A stretch of 64,000 bases of DNA from Vicinamibacterales bacterium (GTDB lineage Bacteria > Acidobacteriota > Vicinamibacteria > Vicinamibacterales > UBA8438). A program made the translations under genes and the position numbers. Every line of letters starts with the position of its first letter. Within the stretch, counting starts at the first letter, position 1. The stretch is taken from positions 995,086 to 1,059,085 of the forward strand of contig CBDCEY010000008.1 of assembly GCA_965215895.1 (NCBI GenBank), in the 5' to 3' direction. The notes below the pieces were generated by a model. The model saw only the letters and a program-made list of their open reading frames with translations. It did not search any database and was not told the DNA's origin. Of the stretch, positions 9,680-19,818 are shown one piece after another.

Positions 9680-10038
9680 TCTTTGGGGTCTCCCTGGCCT
9701 ATGTGCTGAGCAAGCACTTGCAGCAACTGAACCGCAACTGGCATGGACAGCACCACCCGGGTAACGTCCTGGACTTCAAGCCCCGTTTCGCTCAGACGAA
9801 CCGCATGATCGTGCTGTTCTTGAGGCGTGCCAACCATCAGGACCGGCGAAACTTGACCGAAGGTCAACGAAACCAGGGTGTCTCGGATCTCAACCACGAA
9901 CTGATTCGAGTACCGCAAGGTCGGTGGCGGATTCGGCCACGTAAAGGGAATCGTGACGGCTTTCGGCTCATCCATCCGGTCACCTGTTGTCAAGACAATA
10001 CCGTTCCGCGCCGGCTCGCTCGACCGTGCGTCGGTCAT
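9676..10038 (-). CDS. hypothetical protein (120 aa), DUF3467-like pattern
   Basis: ATG at 10038 (internal Met of track ORF 9676-10134). YSNQFVVEIRDTLVSLTFGQVSP....VTRVVLSMPVAVQLLQVL resembles the DUF3467 pattern as I recall it. Confidence 0.45.
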   Translation of the reverse strand: MTDARSSEPARNGIVLTTGDRMDEPKAVTIPFTWPNPPPTLRYSNQFVVEIRDTLVSLTFGQVSPVLMVGTPQEQHDHAVRLSETGLEVQDVTRVVLSMPVAVQLLQVLAQHIGQGDPKE

Positions 10039-10081
10039 GACTGCGACACCGTCGCCCCGGCGGGCGCGCTGACGTGGCGTG

Positions 10082-10243
10082 TCAGTGGACGACGCGGCGG
10101 GAATGCGGTCCGAACATGGCCTGAGCGAACACATGGGGTGTTGCGTCGATCCTCATGTCCTCTTCCAGCTCGGCCTTCGTCGGCTCGTGCCGGAGATCGC
10201 TCTTGGGCGGCTTAGGACCGGATTCCTGACCGGCCTTCGCCAT
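10082..10243 (-). CDS. hypothetical small protein (53 aa)
   Basis: ATG 10243 preceded by GGAG 7 nt upstream and an extended -10 element. Sequence MAKAGQESGPKPPKSDLRHEPTKAELEEDMRIDATP. No family recognised. Confidence 0.35.
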   Translation of the reverse strand: MAKAGQESGPKPPKSDLRHEPTKAELEEDMRIDATPHVFAQAMFGPHSRRVVH

Positions 10244-10268
10244 CGTTTCGCTCCAGCGCCCTAACCCC

Positions 10269-10277
10269 AGTATACCA
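10269..10277 (-). promoter_or_regulatory. extended -10 promoter element (TGGTATACT) for the small minus-strand operon
   Basis: The minus strand reads TGG-TATACT about 26 nt upstream of ATG 10243. No good -35, which is usual for an extended -10. Confidence 0.3.
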
Positions 10278-10307
10278 GACCATGTCCCGCTGGTAGGGTA
10301 TGCTCGG

Positions 10308-10656
10308 ATCCCGAGCGGGGTGACGTGATACGGCCGCGGGCCGTCGACCGTGGCCTCCGTCTCCGCGTCGCGCGCGAGCGAGACGGAGCTGCCTCCAGCA
10401 CGAGGGCGGCGGCCTGCCTTCGCTTCTCCGGCGTGATGAGGTTCAGGGTGCCCCTCTCGTCCTCGGCGCCCCACCGGCCCTAGTTCGTCAGCTCCTGCTT
10501 CCACCGCTCGACGTCCGCCTGCGCCACCCGCCGTCCGTCACCTGCCTGGTCCCGTTCCTGCTGGAAGCCCCGAGAGCCGACGGTTTGCGCGAACAGCACC
10601 AACGTGACGATGCCCGCCAGTGTGACGATGCCGGCCAGACTCTTGGTCGTCCCCAT
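10308..10656 (-). pseudogene. 5' fragment of a cyclase-family gene (paralogous to 26659-27699)
   Basis: Aligns by eye with 27355-27699, including the upstream leader to about 10725. TGG to TAG nonsense at 10480-10482 (LTN* versus LTNWGRWG). Truncated at about 10305. Confidence 0.8.
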
Positions 10657-10827
10657 CGGTCCTCTCCCAGGTATCGCCTTCGTCGTCGATCCGGCTCCGC
10701 GTCGAACCGGGCGCTGGCAGGCTGGCTTGATGTCGTCGATGGCAGAACCGAAGTCGCTCACCTGCCCTACCCAATGAGGCGCAGAATCCCGATGGTCAAC
10801 GTGGCCGTCGCAATCACGGCCCCGACC

Positions 10828-11036
10828 ATCCCGAGTACGTGCTGAACGAGGACGGGGACGGCTACGACAACGTCACGGGCCGCCGGCGGACGGAGCTCGA
10901 CGCCGCGCTCCCGGTCGGCATCTCGTTCTGGGCGGGGCCCGGCGACAAGCCGCTCGTCCTGCGCGTCGCGTCGGCCTACGAGGCGGCGACGAAGCATCGC
11001 CGCCCGCCGCCGGACTTCGGGCCTGTCGGTCGATGA
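10828..11036 (+). pseudogene. 3' fragment of amidase gene (copy of 7441-7649)
   Basis: Encodes YVLNEDGDGYDNVTGRRRTELDAALPVGISFWAGPGDKPLVLRVASAYEAATKHRRPPPDFGPVGR, near-identical to the amidase C-terminus. No upstream coding part. Confidence 0.85.
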
Positions 11037-11128
11037 TGCCGGCGCGCGAGGAGGTGCTCCGAGTGGGCTGCTGGTGATGATAGGATCGCCGGCCTCCGCG
11101 CCGGACGAACTCGGAATCGGAGAGTCTG

Positions 11129-12139
11129 ATGCCGACGAAGCCGCTCACGTTGGTGCTCGCCATCGCGTTCGCCGCGACCGTCGGCGCGCAGCAGGCCGCG
11201 CTCGACCGCCTGTCGCCCGACGTCCTCGACGCCGTGCCGCCGTCGGCGCGCGTCACGGGCGAGCCCGGCGCCATGACGATCCGACGGACGTCGTGCCGCA
11301 CGGCGCCGATGAACGAGATCCGGCGGCGCATCGTCGACTTGGCGGTGCAGGAGTGGGCGTTCTTCGGGTTCATCGTCGTGGACCAGACGACCGTCGAGGC
11401 GTCCGGACCCGGCCAGCCTCGCCGGCGCCGTCGGCGGCGGCCGGGCCCGGCCGAGTCGGCCCGCGTGGCCGGCTCGATCGCCGGCTACTGGACGGTCACG
11501 CCGCAGGGCGGCTGGATCCTCGACGCCCAGGACGACGCCTGGCGCGGGCCGCGCGGCGTCGCCTCGCGCTGGCGCTACCCGTGGTCGGCGGCCTTCGTGT
11601 CGTGGGTGATGTGCGAGGCCGGCCTCGGCGACGCCTCTCTCTTCCAGCGCGCCGTGGCCCATCACGTCTACATCGACCAGGCCATCCGTGCCCGCGGCGC
11701 CGACACGCCGGCCGCGGCGTTCGCGGCCTACGACGTCGGCGAGGCGCCGGTCGCACCTAGGGATCTGCTGTGCAGCGCGCGCCGACCCGCGTACCGGTCC
11801 ATCGCCGAGCGGCGGCGCCAGATGGGCGTCGGCGCCCGCACCCACTGCGACATCGTGGTGAAGGTGGATCCCTCCCGCCGCCGCATTCTCGCCATCGGCG
11901 GCAACGTGCGCGGCGCGGTGAGCCTGAAGCTGCTCCCGGCGGCCGATGGCCCCGACGGCAGTCTCCGCCCGCTCGCGGGCCGGCGGCGGATCTTCGCCCA
12001 CCTCAAGCTGCGCGCCCCGTCGATCGCGGCCGACGCATTGGACCACACGCCCACGATGCGCGCGGTCCGGTGCGACGACTTTCCGCTGCCGCCCCAGGCA
12101 GCCGCCGCCCGCCTCGCCGGCCGCGCCGCCCGCTGCTGA
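11129..12139 (+). CDS. DUF2272-like secreted protein, paralogue 2
   Basis: 336 aa, colinear with 7990-9000. By manual alignment 17 of 336 residues differ. Confidence 0.65.
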   Translation: MPTKPLTLVLAIAFAATVGAQQAALDRLSPDVLDAVPPSARVTGEPGAMTIRRTSCRTAPMNEIRRRIVDLAVQEWAFFGFIVVDQTTVEASGPGQPRRRRRRRPGPAESARVAGSIAGYWTVTPQGGWILDAQDDAWRGPRGVASRWRYPWSAAFVSWVMCEAGLGDASLFQRAVAHHVYIDQAIRARGADTPAAAFAAYDVGEAPVAPRDLLCSARRPAYRSIAERRRQMGVGARTHCDIVVKVDPSRRRILAIGGNVRGAVSLKLLPAADGPDGSLRPLAGRRRIFAHLKLRAPSIAADALDHTPTMRAVRCDDFPLPPQAAAARLAGRAARC

Positions 12140-12389
12140 ACCAAGTGCAAGCGTCGCGTCTCGAAAGACGCTGTACCCCGCGCCCTTGAGGACTTCGACG
12201 GCCAGAGCCTGCGCCGGGCGGTCGACGAGTTCGTCGTCGCGAACGTCGCTACGAGAGCCTGACCCCGAACTTCGTCTATCATGACGCCCGCGAGGACAAG
12301 GCCGGCGCTCGCCGGGCGGCCTTGCCGGGAGGGCGTCTGGATGTCCAGTTTCGCCTCCCGCGCCGCTGGATGAGGTACGAACGGACGTC

Positions 12390-15300
12390 ATGACCGTTGA
12401 CTCCAAGGGCCGCGAGCTCTTCATCGTCGACAACAGTGTCTCCGGCTGGACCGGGCTCCGGTACTTGGAGGAGTGGTCCGGCATCGCGAAGGCGTTCGAC
12501 ATCGCGACCGGATACTTCGAGATCGGCGCCCTGCTCTCCCTCGACGGCAAATGGCAGGGGCTCGACAAGATCCGGATCCTGATGGGCACGGAGATCACCC
12601 ATCGAACTCGGAAAGCCATTCTCGTAGCGGTTCGGGCGCAAGCGCTCGACAGGCTCGACGAAAGCATCGAGGACGACAAGGAGCCGAACCCCTTCCTGCA
12701 CGGGGTCCTGGCGATTCTCGCCGCGCTCCGCTCCGGGCAGATCGAATGCCGTGTCTACGACAAGGACAAGTTCCACGCCAAGGCCTACATCACCCATGCC
12801 AAGCTCGAGGTCGTCGGCGCTCAGGCGCTGGTGGGCTCCAGCAACTTCACGCGGCCGGGTCTGACGAAGAACATCGAACTGAACGTCCAGATCCAGAGCG
12901 CGCGCGAGGTCGCGCAGCTCCAGGAGTGGTTCGAGACCCACTGGAACGGCGCTAGCGAGGTCAGCGAGGCCGTCATCGAGACGATCTCGCGCCATACGCA
13001 CCTGTATTCGCCGTTCGACGTCTACGCGAAGGCCCTGCAGCAGTTCTTCCGGGGGCACGAGCTGACTGCGACCGAGTGGGACGAGAATCGGTCGCGCATG
13101 TTCCCGTACCTCGATCGCTATCAGAAGGAGGCGTACTGGGCGCTCATGAAGATCGCCCGGCAGCACGGCGGTGGGTTCCTCTGTGACGGCGTGGGTCTTG
13201 GCAAGACCTTCGTCGGTCTGATGCTGATAGAGCGGCTCATCCTTCACGAGGGCAAGCGCGTCGTGCTGTTCGCGCCGAAGGCGGCCAAGGAGGCCGTGTG
13301 GGAGCCCCACCTGCGTCGGTGGCTTCCGCACATCGGCGGCGTCGGGGGCGGCGCGGACTTCAGCAACCTGGCCGTCTTCAGCCACACCGACTTCGGACGC
13401 AAGGGGGACTTCCCGGAGCGCTTCCAACGCATTGCCGAACTCGCCGATGTCGTCGTCATCGATGAGGCGCACCACTTCCGCAATCCGGGCCGCCAGGGTG
13501 ACCCCGACCAGGGAATTGAACCGTCGCGCTACTACCGCCTGTTCGAGCTGCTCGACAACACGGAACGCCCCAAGACCCTGTTCATGCTGACGGCCACCCC
13601 GATCAACAACCGCCTGAGCGACTTCCGCCACATGACCGAGCTCTTCACGCGTCGCGACGAGGCCTACTTCGCGCGCACGATCGGCGTGAACAACCTGCGG
13701 GCGCACTTCAACCAGATGGAAAAGACGCTTCGCAGCCGTGTGGGGCAGGACGCGGCCGATGCCGCGGAGCACGTCACCGAGGTCCAGGAGATCCTCCTAA
13801 CCGACGAGATCTTCCGCCAGCTCGTCGTCCAGCGTAGCCGCGCGTACGCCCGCGAGAGCCAGACTCGGGAGTACGGCAAAGCAGCCGCTTTCCCCGAGCG
13901 GAAGGACCCGCAGGTGGCGGCGTACTCGATCCGCAAGACCTACGGGCGGATGCTCGAGCTGTTCGAGAAGGCCTTCGCGAAACAGAGCCCGCTCTTCACG
14001 CTCCCGATGTACTACCCCCTGCATTGGTACAGGGGGCCGAACCAGAACATCGACGCGTTCGAGGAGAACCGCCAGAAGCAGGTGGTCGGCTTGATCCGGA
14101 CCAACTACCTCAAGCGCTTCGAGAGCTCCGTCGCCGCCTTCGAGCTCTCCTGCGACCGCCTCCTCCAGAAGCTGCTCGCCTTCCTCCACGTTCACAGCGA
14201 GAGCGACGCCGAGAAGAAGCGCCTCGAGAGGTGGAAGGCTCAGAAAGCCGACGTCCTGGGCCACGTCTCCCACCGCCAGCTCGAGCTCTGGGGCGAGGAA
14301 GGCGAGGAGGCGGACGACGAAGACGTCGTTCCCCAGGAGATGCTCGACACGGTCGAGCGCCTCGACCGGGCCGAGTACGACGTCGAGGAGATGATGTCCG
14401 AGACCTTCCTCGACCTCGACCAGATCGTGGAGTTCCTGGACGAAGCCCGGAAGTTCGAGCCGAAGCACGACGACAAGCTCCAGAAGCTCATCCGCCTGCT
14501 CAAGTCGAAGGCGCTGGCCGACCAGAAGATCCTGATCTTCAGCGAGTTCGCCGACACGGCCCGCTACCTCAAGCGTCAACTGGACGAGGCCCGTATCGAG
14601 GGCATCGAGCAGGTGGACAGTGCCACGAAGAAGAACCGTGCAGACGTGATCCAGCGCTTCGCCCCCTATTACAACGGCCTCTCGTCCCCGGAGCTCGCCG
14701 AACATGGCCGCGAGGAAATCCGCGTCCTGATTTCTACCGATGTCCTCTCCGAGGGTCTCAACCTCCAGGACGCCTCGCGGATGATGAACTACGACATCCA
14801 CTGGAACCCGGTGCGCCTCATGCAGCGCATCGGCCGGGTGGACCGGCGCATGAGTCCCGAGATCGAGAAACGGATCGTCGCCGACAATCCCGAGGCGGCC
14901 GTCTCCCGCGGCAAGGTCTGGTTCTGGAACTTTCTCCCGCCCGAGGAGCTGAACGAGATCCTCACGCTCTACACGAAGGTCACGCAGAAGACGCTCCTGA
15001 TCTCCAAGACGCTCGGCATCGAGGGCAAGAAGCTCCTCACCCCGGAGGACGACTACGAGGCGCTGAAGGAATTTCACCACGCCTACGAGGGCACGCGCAC
15101 GTCCGTGGAGGACATGCACCTCGCGTATCAGGCGCTGCTCCAGGCCGACCCGGAGCTGGAGGCGCGCCTCGCTCGCTTCCCCGGCGCAATCTTCAGCGGG
15201 GGCAAGCGCCCGGCGAAGGGCGTGCGCGGTGTCTTCTTCTGCTACGCGCTTCCCGCCCTCGACAAGGAGAAGAACGATTTCACCGAGGAGGCCGGCACCA

Positions 15301-15539
15301 CCCGCTGGTACCTTTACGATCTCGACCGCGAGACCATCCTCCAAGAGCCGGGCGAGATCGTCGCGAGCAACCGCTCGAAGCCCGAGACGCCCCGGCGCTG
15401 CACCACGGAGGAGAAGACGCTCCTCGACATCCGCAAGCGGATCGAGAAGCACATCAAGAACGGCTACCTGAAGCGCGTGGATGCCCCGGTCGGCGTCAAG
15501 CCGCGGCTGCGCTGCTGGATGGAGTTGAACGAGGGCTGA
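12390..15539 (+). CDS. PLD-nuclease / SNF2-family helicase fusion protein (1049 aa)
   Basis: N-terminal single HKD motif KFHAKAYITH...LVGSSNFT (about 12768-12865). SNF2 core: DGVGLGKT (I), VVVIDEAHHFRN (II), LTATPINN (III), LISTDVLSEGLNLQD and HWNPVRLMQRIGRVDR (V/VI). Confidence 0.85.
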   Translation: MTVDSKGRELFIVDNSVSGWTGLRYLEEWSGIAKAFDIATGYFEIGALLSLDGKWQGLDKIRILMGTEITHRTRKAILVAVRAQALDRLDESIEDDKEPNPFLHGVLAILAALRSGQIECRVYDKDKFHAKAYITHAKLEVVGAQALVGSSNFTRPGLTKNIELNVQIQSAREVAQLQEWFETHWNGASEVSEAVIETISRHTHLYSPFDVYAKALQQFFRGHELTATEWDENRSRMFPYLDRYQKEAYWALMKIARQHGGGFLCDGVGLGKTFVGLMLIERLILHEGKRVVLFAPKAAKEAVWEPHLRRWLPHIGGVGGGADFSNLAVFSHTDFGRKGDFPERFQRIAELADVVVIDEAHHFRNPGRQGDPDQGIEPSRYYRLFELLDNTERPKTLFMLTATPINNRLSDFRHMTELFTRRDEAYFARTIGVNNLRAHFNQMEKTLRSRVGQDAADAAEHVTEVQEILLTDEIFRQLVVQRSRAYARESQTREYGKAAAFPERKDPQVAAYSIRKTYGRMLELFEKAFAKQSPLFTLPMYYPLHWYRGPNQNIDAFEENRQKQVVGLIRTNYLKRFESSVAAFELSCDRLLQKLLAFLHVHSESDAEKKRLERWKAQKADVLGHVSHRQLELWGEEGEEADDEDVVPQEMLDTVERLDRAEYDVEEMMSETFLDLDQIVEFLDEARKFEPKHDDKLQKLIRLLKSKALADQKILIFSEFADTARYLKRQLDEARIEGIEQVDSATKKNRADVIQRFAPYYNGLSSPELAEHGREEIRVLISTDVLSEGLNLQDASRMMNYDIHWNPVRLMQRIGRVDRRMSPEIEKRIVADNPEAAVSRGKVWFWNFLPPEELNEILTLYTKVTQKTLLISKTLGIEGKKLLTPEDDYEALKEFHHAYEGTRTSVEDMHLAYQALLQADPELEARLARFPGAIFSGGKRPAKGVRGVFFCYALPALDKEKNDFTEEAGTTRWYLYDLDRETILQEPGEIVASNRSKPETPRRCTTEEKTLLDIRKRIEKHIKNGYLKRVDAPVGVKPRLRCWMELNEG

Positions 15540-15543
15540 GCCG

Positions 15544-18543
15544 ATGCCGACCGACCACCGCGAAAGTCTCGCCCGCATCCGGAGCTTCCCCCAGCTCGTC
15601 GCCTACCTGCGCGACGAGCTCGCCTGGCCGATCGAGTCGGACGACTTTGAGGAGCTGACCTTCGAGTACGACCCGCAGGAGGAGCTCGGGATCGACCCGA
15701 AGAACGCGGCCAAGATCAAGCACATCAAGCGCCTGCGCCCGCTCGTGCCGGGCCAGCCCTGGGGCATCTTCTTCGTCAAGTTCGAGCCGAAGCGCCTGCC
15801 CGTGGTGGCGCTGCGCCGCATCCTGGGCCGGGTCGGGCTCAAGAAGCGCGCCTCCGCCAACAAGTCCGAGCGCCAAGCCTGGGCCGCCGACGACCTGCTC
15901 TTCGTGTCCAACTACGGCGAGGGCGAGGAGCGCCGCATCGCCTTCGCCCACTTCTCGAAGTCCCGGGACGGCCACGACCTGCCCACCCTCAAGGTGCTCG
16001 GCTGGGACAACCTCGACACGCCGCTCCACCTCGACGCCGTGGCCAGCGACCTGAGCGACCACCTCACTTGGCCCGAGGACGAGAACGACCCCGACGCCTG
16101 GCGCGAGCGCTGGCGCGCCGCGTTCACACTGCGCCACCGAGAGGTCATCAGCACCTCGAAGCAGCTCTCGGAGCGCCTGGCCGAGCTCGCCAGCGCGATC
16201 CGCGACCGCATCCGGACCGCACTCGCCATCGAGACCGAGACCGGCCAGCTCACCAAGCTCATGAAGGCGTTCCAGACCGCGCTCGTCCACGACCTGGACG
16301 AGACCGGCTTCGCCGACATGTACGCCCAGACCATCGCATACGGGCTGCTCTCGGCACGCATTACCGACCCCGAGCGGCGCACGGCTGACGACCTCGCCGC
16401 CCACATGCGAACGAACCCGTTCTTGAAGGAGCTGATGGAGACCTTCCTCCACGTGGGCGGGCGCCGCGGTAAGGCCGGCGGGCCAGGCATCGACTTCGAC
16501 GAGCTGGGCGTCTCCGACGTGGTGGAGCTACTCGACCAAACCAAGATGGAGAAGGTGGTCATCGACTTCGGCGACCGCAACCCCCAGGAAGACCCGGTCA
16601 TTCACTTCTACGAGCACTTCCTGGCCGCCTTCGACAAGAAGCAGAAGGTGAGCCGCGGCGTCTTTTATACCCCGCGTCCGGTGGTCTCCTACATCGTGCG
16701 CTCGCTGGACGAGCTCTTGCGCAGCGAGTTCGGCCTAACTGACGGCCTCGCGGACACCACCACCTGGGGCGAGATGGCGAAGCGCTATAAGGAACTGAAG
16801 ATCCCGGAGGGCACTCCCCTCGGGCAGGCCTTCGTTCAGATCCTCGACCCGGCCACCGGTACAGGCACCTTCCTGGTCGAGGTGATGGACCTCATCCACA
16901 AGACGATGGTCGAGAAGTGGAAGGCCCAGGGCCACGGCGAGCAGAAGATCCAGGCGCTCTGGAATGAGTATGTCCCGAAACACCTGCTGCCACGCCTGCA
17001 CGGGTACGAGCTCCTGATGGCCCCGTACGCCATCGCGCACCTCAAGATCGGCCTCAAGCTCTACGAGACCGGCTACGGCTTCGAGAGCGACGAGCGCGCG
17101 CGGGTGTACCTGACGAATGCGCTCGAGCCGCCGGGCGACGGGCAGCTCACGCTCGACTTCCTGCCGGCGCTCGCGCACGAGGCCGAGGCGGTTAACGAGA
17201 TCAAGCGGAAGCAGCGATTCACTGCCATTATTGGGAATCCACCGTATGCCAAGAGCTCATCCAACCGGTCGGATGTGGCCGAATCCCTTGTCTCAGAGTA
17301 CAAACGCCTAGTGTACGGAGAGACTAACGTACAACCGCTTTCCGACGACTATGTGAAGTTCGTTGCTTTCGCGTTCAAGGTTGCTGCCCCACACACAGCC
17401 GTTGTCGGATTGATTACCAACCGCTCCTATCTGGAAGGCCTGATCCACCGAGGTATGAGGTTCGTCCTCGGCCGGGATTGCTCGCGGATCCAAGTAATCG
17501 ACCTTCACGGGGACTCCAACGTGGGCGAGCGACCGCCGGAGGGAACAGCGAACGAGAACATCTTCGACATTCAGCAGGGCGTCGCGATCTCACTCTTCTT
17601 GCGATCACTGCCGCGACAACCACCCGTTAGCCTCGTGTTGCACAGACATCTTTGGGGCACTCGGCAGGAGAAATACGGTGCTCTGGCAGCTAGTGAGCTT
17701 CACACCGGGATGGGCGCTCTTCCCCTTTCGGAGCCGTACTGGTTCTTCGCTCCCAAAGATCTTGGGACACAGCACGAGCAAGTCTTGTGGGCCAGCGTTG
17801 ATTCGCTCTTCCACGTGAGCGGTATGGGAGTGAAGTCACGACGCGACCATTTCTTGCTTGACAAGAGCAAGACATCACTCCGTGCACGAATGTCCAAGCT
17901 GGCGCGCTGCGGAGACGCTGAGCGACTTCGGGATGACCTCCAGGTCAAAGACAACCCCCAGTGGTCCCTCGCCGCTATGCGTGACCTGCTCCAACGCGAG
18001 GGAGTCGATCGTCGCATCTTCCCCATCGCGTACCGGCCCTTTGACACCCGATTTGTCTGGTACCACCGAGAGGCGATCGAGAGGGGCGATGCGCGGTGGC
18101 CAGTGATGAAGCACGTTCTCTCGGAAGGCTTGTCGCTGCTTACAGCGCGTCAGTCGGCAAATCACGATTTCACTTCGGTCTTCGTTGCACGCGGGCTGTC
18201 GGAAATGAAGACTGCGGAGAGCACAAGGGGTTCGTATGTTTTCCCAGCTCGCAAGCGGGCCGATGTCGGGCGGTTCCAGGCGGGCGATGAGGTCTCGAAC
18301 ATCCGTAGGGCCACATTTGGGCCGCCGCTAGCAAGGCGTAAACCGGAAGAGCTCGTTGGCTACATCTACGCGATCCTCCACTCTCCTGAGTATCGGCGTC
18401 GATACGCAGGTGCGCTTCGCATTGAGTTCCCTCGGATTCCAACAGGCTGTGCGTGGTCGCTAGCGGATGAGCTTTGCCGACTCGGTTGGGAACTCGTTGC
18501 ACTGCATCTCATAGAGTCCCCTAAGGACACTGACGCAAATTAA
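15544..18543 (+). pseudogene. N6-adenine DNA methyltransferase with type-ISP-like specificity region, 5' part, truncated by IS insertion
   Basis: Starts 4 nt after the helicase stop. SAM motif ILDPATGTGTFL (about 16845-16875) and IIGNPPYA (about 17230-17250). The frame runs into the IS at 18526 and terminates 6 codons later at TAA 18541-18543. Confidence 0.85.
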
Positions 18544-19818
18544 CTTGCCATCTTTTGCGATCTGTGGTCTATTTGGGTTCTATGCAGCGCAACGTGGAAC
18601 TGGAGGCCACGATTGTCGCCAAGTACGCGGCGGTGTCGCCGGTATTGGATGAGCGCAGTCGCCGCCGGTGGGCGGCTGCCGAGTCTGTGGCCATCGGCTA
18701 TGGCGGGGATGCGCTGGTGTCGTCGGCCACGGGTCTGGCCCGGGAGACGCTCCGGAAGGGCCGCCGGGAAATCACGCAAGGCGGGACGCCGTCGGGTCGC
18801 ATACGACGCCCGGGAGCGGGGCGGCCCCGTCTCGAACAGAGGCAGCCTGGCCTCCTGGCCGCCCTGGAAGGGCTGGTGGATCCGCTGACGCGCGGCGACC
18901 CAACGTCTCCGCTGCGCTGGACATGCAAGAGTCGGGCGAAGCTCGCCTCGGGGCTGGCACAACAAGGGTGGCGAGTGAGTTCGACGACCGTCGGCCGGTT
19001 GCTACATCAACTGGGGTACCGGCTGCAATCGGCCCGTAAACGTCAGGAGGGGACCAGCCACCCGGACCGTAACGCGCAGTTCGAGCACATCAATGCGACC
19101 GCGGACTCGTTTCTGGCCGAGGGGCAGCCGGTGATCTCGGTCGACACGAAGAAGAAGGAGCTGGTCGGGAACTTCAAGAATGGCGGGCGGGAATGGCAGC
19201 CGAAGGGCACGCCGCCGGCGGTGCTGGTCCATGATTTCCCGACGGACGCGGAGGGCAAGGCGATTCCGTATGGCGTCTACGACATGGCGCGCAACGAAGC
19301 TTGGGTGAGCGTGGGACGGGACCACGACACCCCGGCCTTCGCGGTGGCGTCAATTCGTCATTGGTGGCAGCAAATGGGCTGTGACGCCTACCCCGACGCC
19401 ACGGCCCTGTTCATCACGGCGGATGCGGGTGGGAGCAACGGGTATCGGTTGCGCGCCTGGAAGCACGAGCTTCAACAGTTGGCCGACGAGACCAGGCTGA
19501 CCATCCACGTGAGTCACTTTCCACCCGGCACCAGCAAATGGAACAAGATCGAGCACCGTCTCTTCTGTCACATCACGGCGAACTGGCGAGGCACCCCGTT
19601 GACGACGTATGAGACCATCGTCGACCGCATCGGGAACACCCGGACGGAGACCGGGCTCTGGGTCCGGGCCGAACTCAACGCCGGCCAGTATCCCACGGGC
19701 GTCAGGGTGACCAAGGAGGAGATGGACGCAATCGCGCTGGTCCGCGACGGGTTTCATGGGGAATGGAATTACAAACTGCTACCCCGATGAAGTTGGCAAG
19801 TTTATATCGATCACTGTC
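18526..19818 (+). mobile_element. ISAzo13-family insertion sequence (~1.29 kb)
   Basis: Imperfect terminal inverted repeats GACACTGACGCAAATTAACTTGCCA / TGGCAAGTTTATATCGATCACTGTC (21 of 28 positions match). Flanking direct repeat CTAAG at 18521-18525 and 19819-19823 (TAA core if the ends are drawn 1 nt differently). Single transposase ORF. Confidence 0.85.
18582..19790 (+). CDS. ISAzo13-family (Rhodopirellula-type DDE) transposase
   Basis: LDERSRRRWAAAESVAIGYGG N-terminus, ISVDTKKKELVGNFKNGGREW, ITADAGGSNG, HFPPGTSKWNKIEHRLF, FHGEWNY tail. Alternative start 18555. Confidence 0.8.
   Translation: MQRNVELEATIVAKYAAVSPVLDERSRRRWAAAESVAIGYGGDALVSSATGLARETLRKGRREITQGGTPSGRIRRPGAGRPRLEQRQPGLLAALEGLVDPLTRGDPTSPLRWTCKSRAKLASGLAQQGWRVSSTTVGRLLHQLGYRLQSARKRQEGTSHPDRNAQFEHINATADSFLAEGQPVISVDTKKKELVGNFKNGGREWQPKGTPPAVLVHDFPTDAEGKAIPYGVYDMARNEAWVSVGRDHDTPAFAVASIRHWWQQMGCDAYPDATALFITADAGGSNGYRLRAWKHELQQLADETRLTIHVSHFPPGTSKWNKIEHRLFCHITANWRGTPLTTYETIVDRIGNTRTETGLWVRAELNAGQYPTGVRVTKEEMDAIALVRDGFHGEWNYKLLPR

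Larger units (their letters stand above)
10828..12150. repeat. segmental duplication, copy 2
   Basis: See copy 1. Its spacer is about 250 bp shorter than in copy 1. Confidence 0.85.

Noticed and set aside
12156-12171. Hairpin GCGTCT-CGAA-AGACGC after DUF2272 copy 2 as a terminator
   Set aside because: The stem is only 6 bp and there is no U-tract. It is too weak to annotate.
12140-12389. Search for tRNA gene, integrase or att direct repeats at the island borders (also 26600-26660 and 9001-9200)
   Set aside because: I could find no cloverleaf-compatible sequence, no recombinase ORF and no shared direct repeat by eye. A short frame ending ..ALEDFDGQSLRRAVDEFVVANVATRA* (about 12180-12262) may be a gene remnant but cannot be identified.
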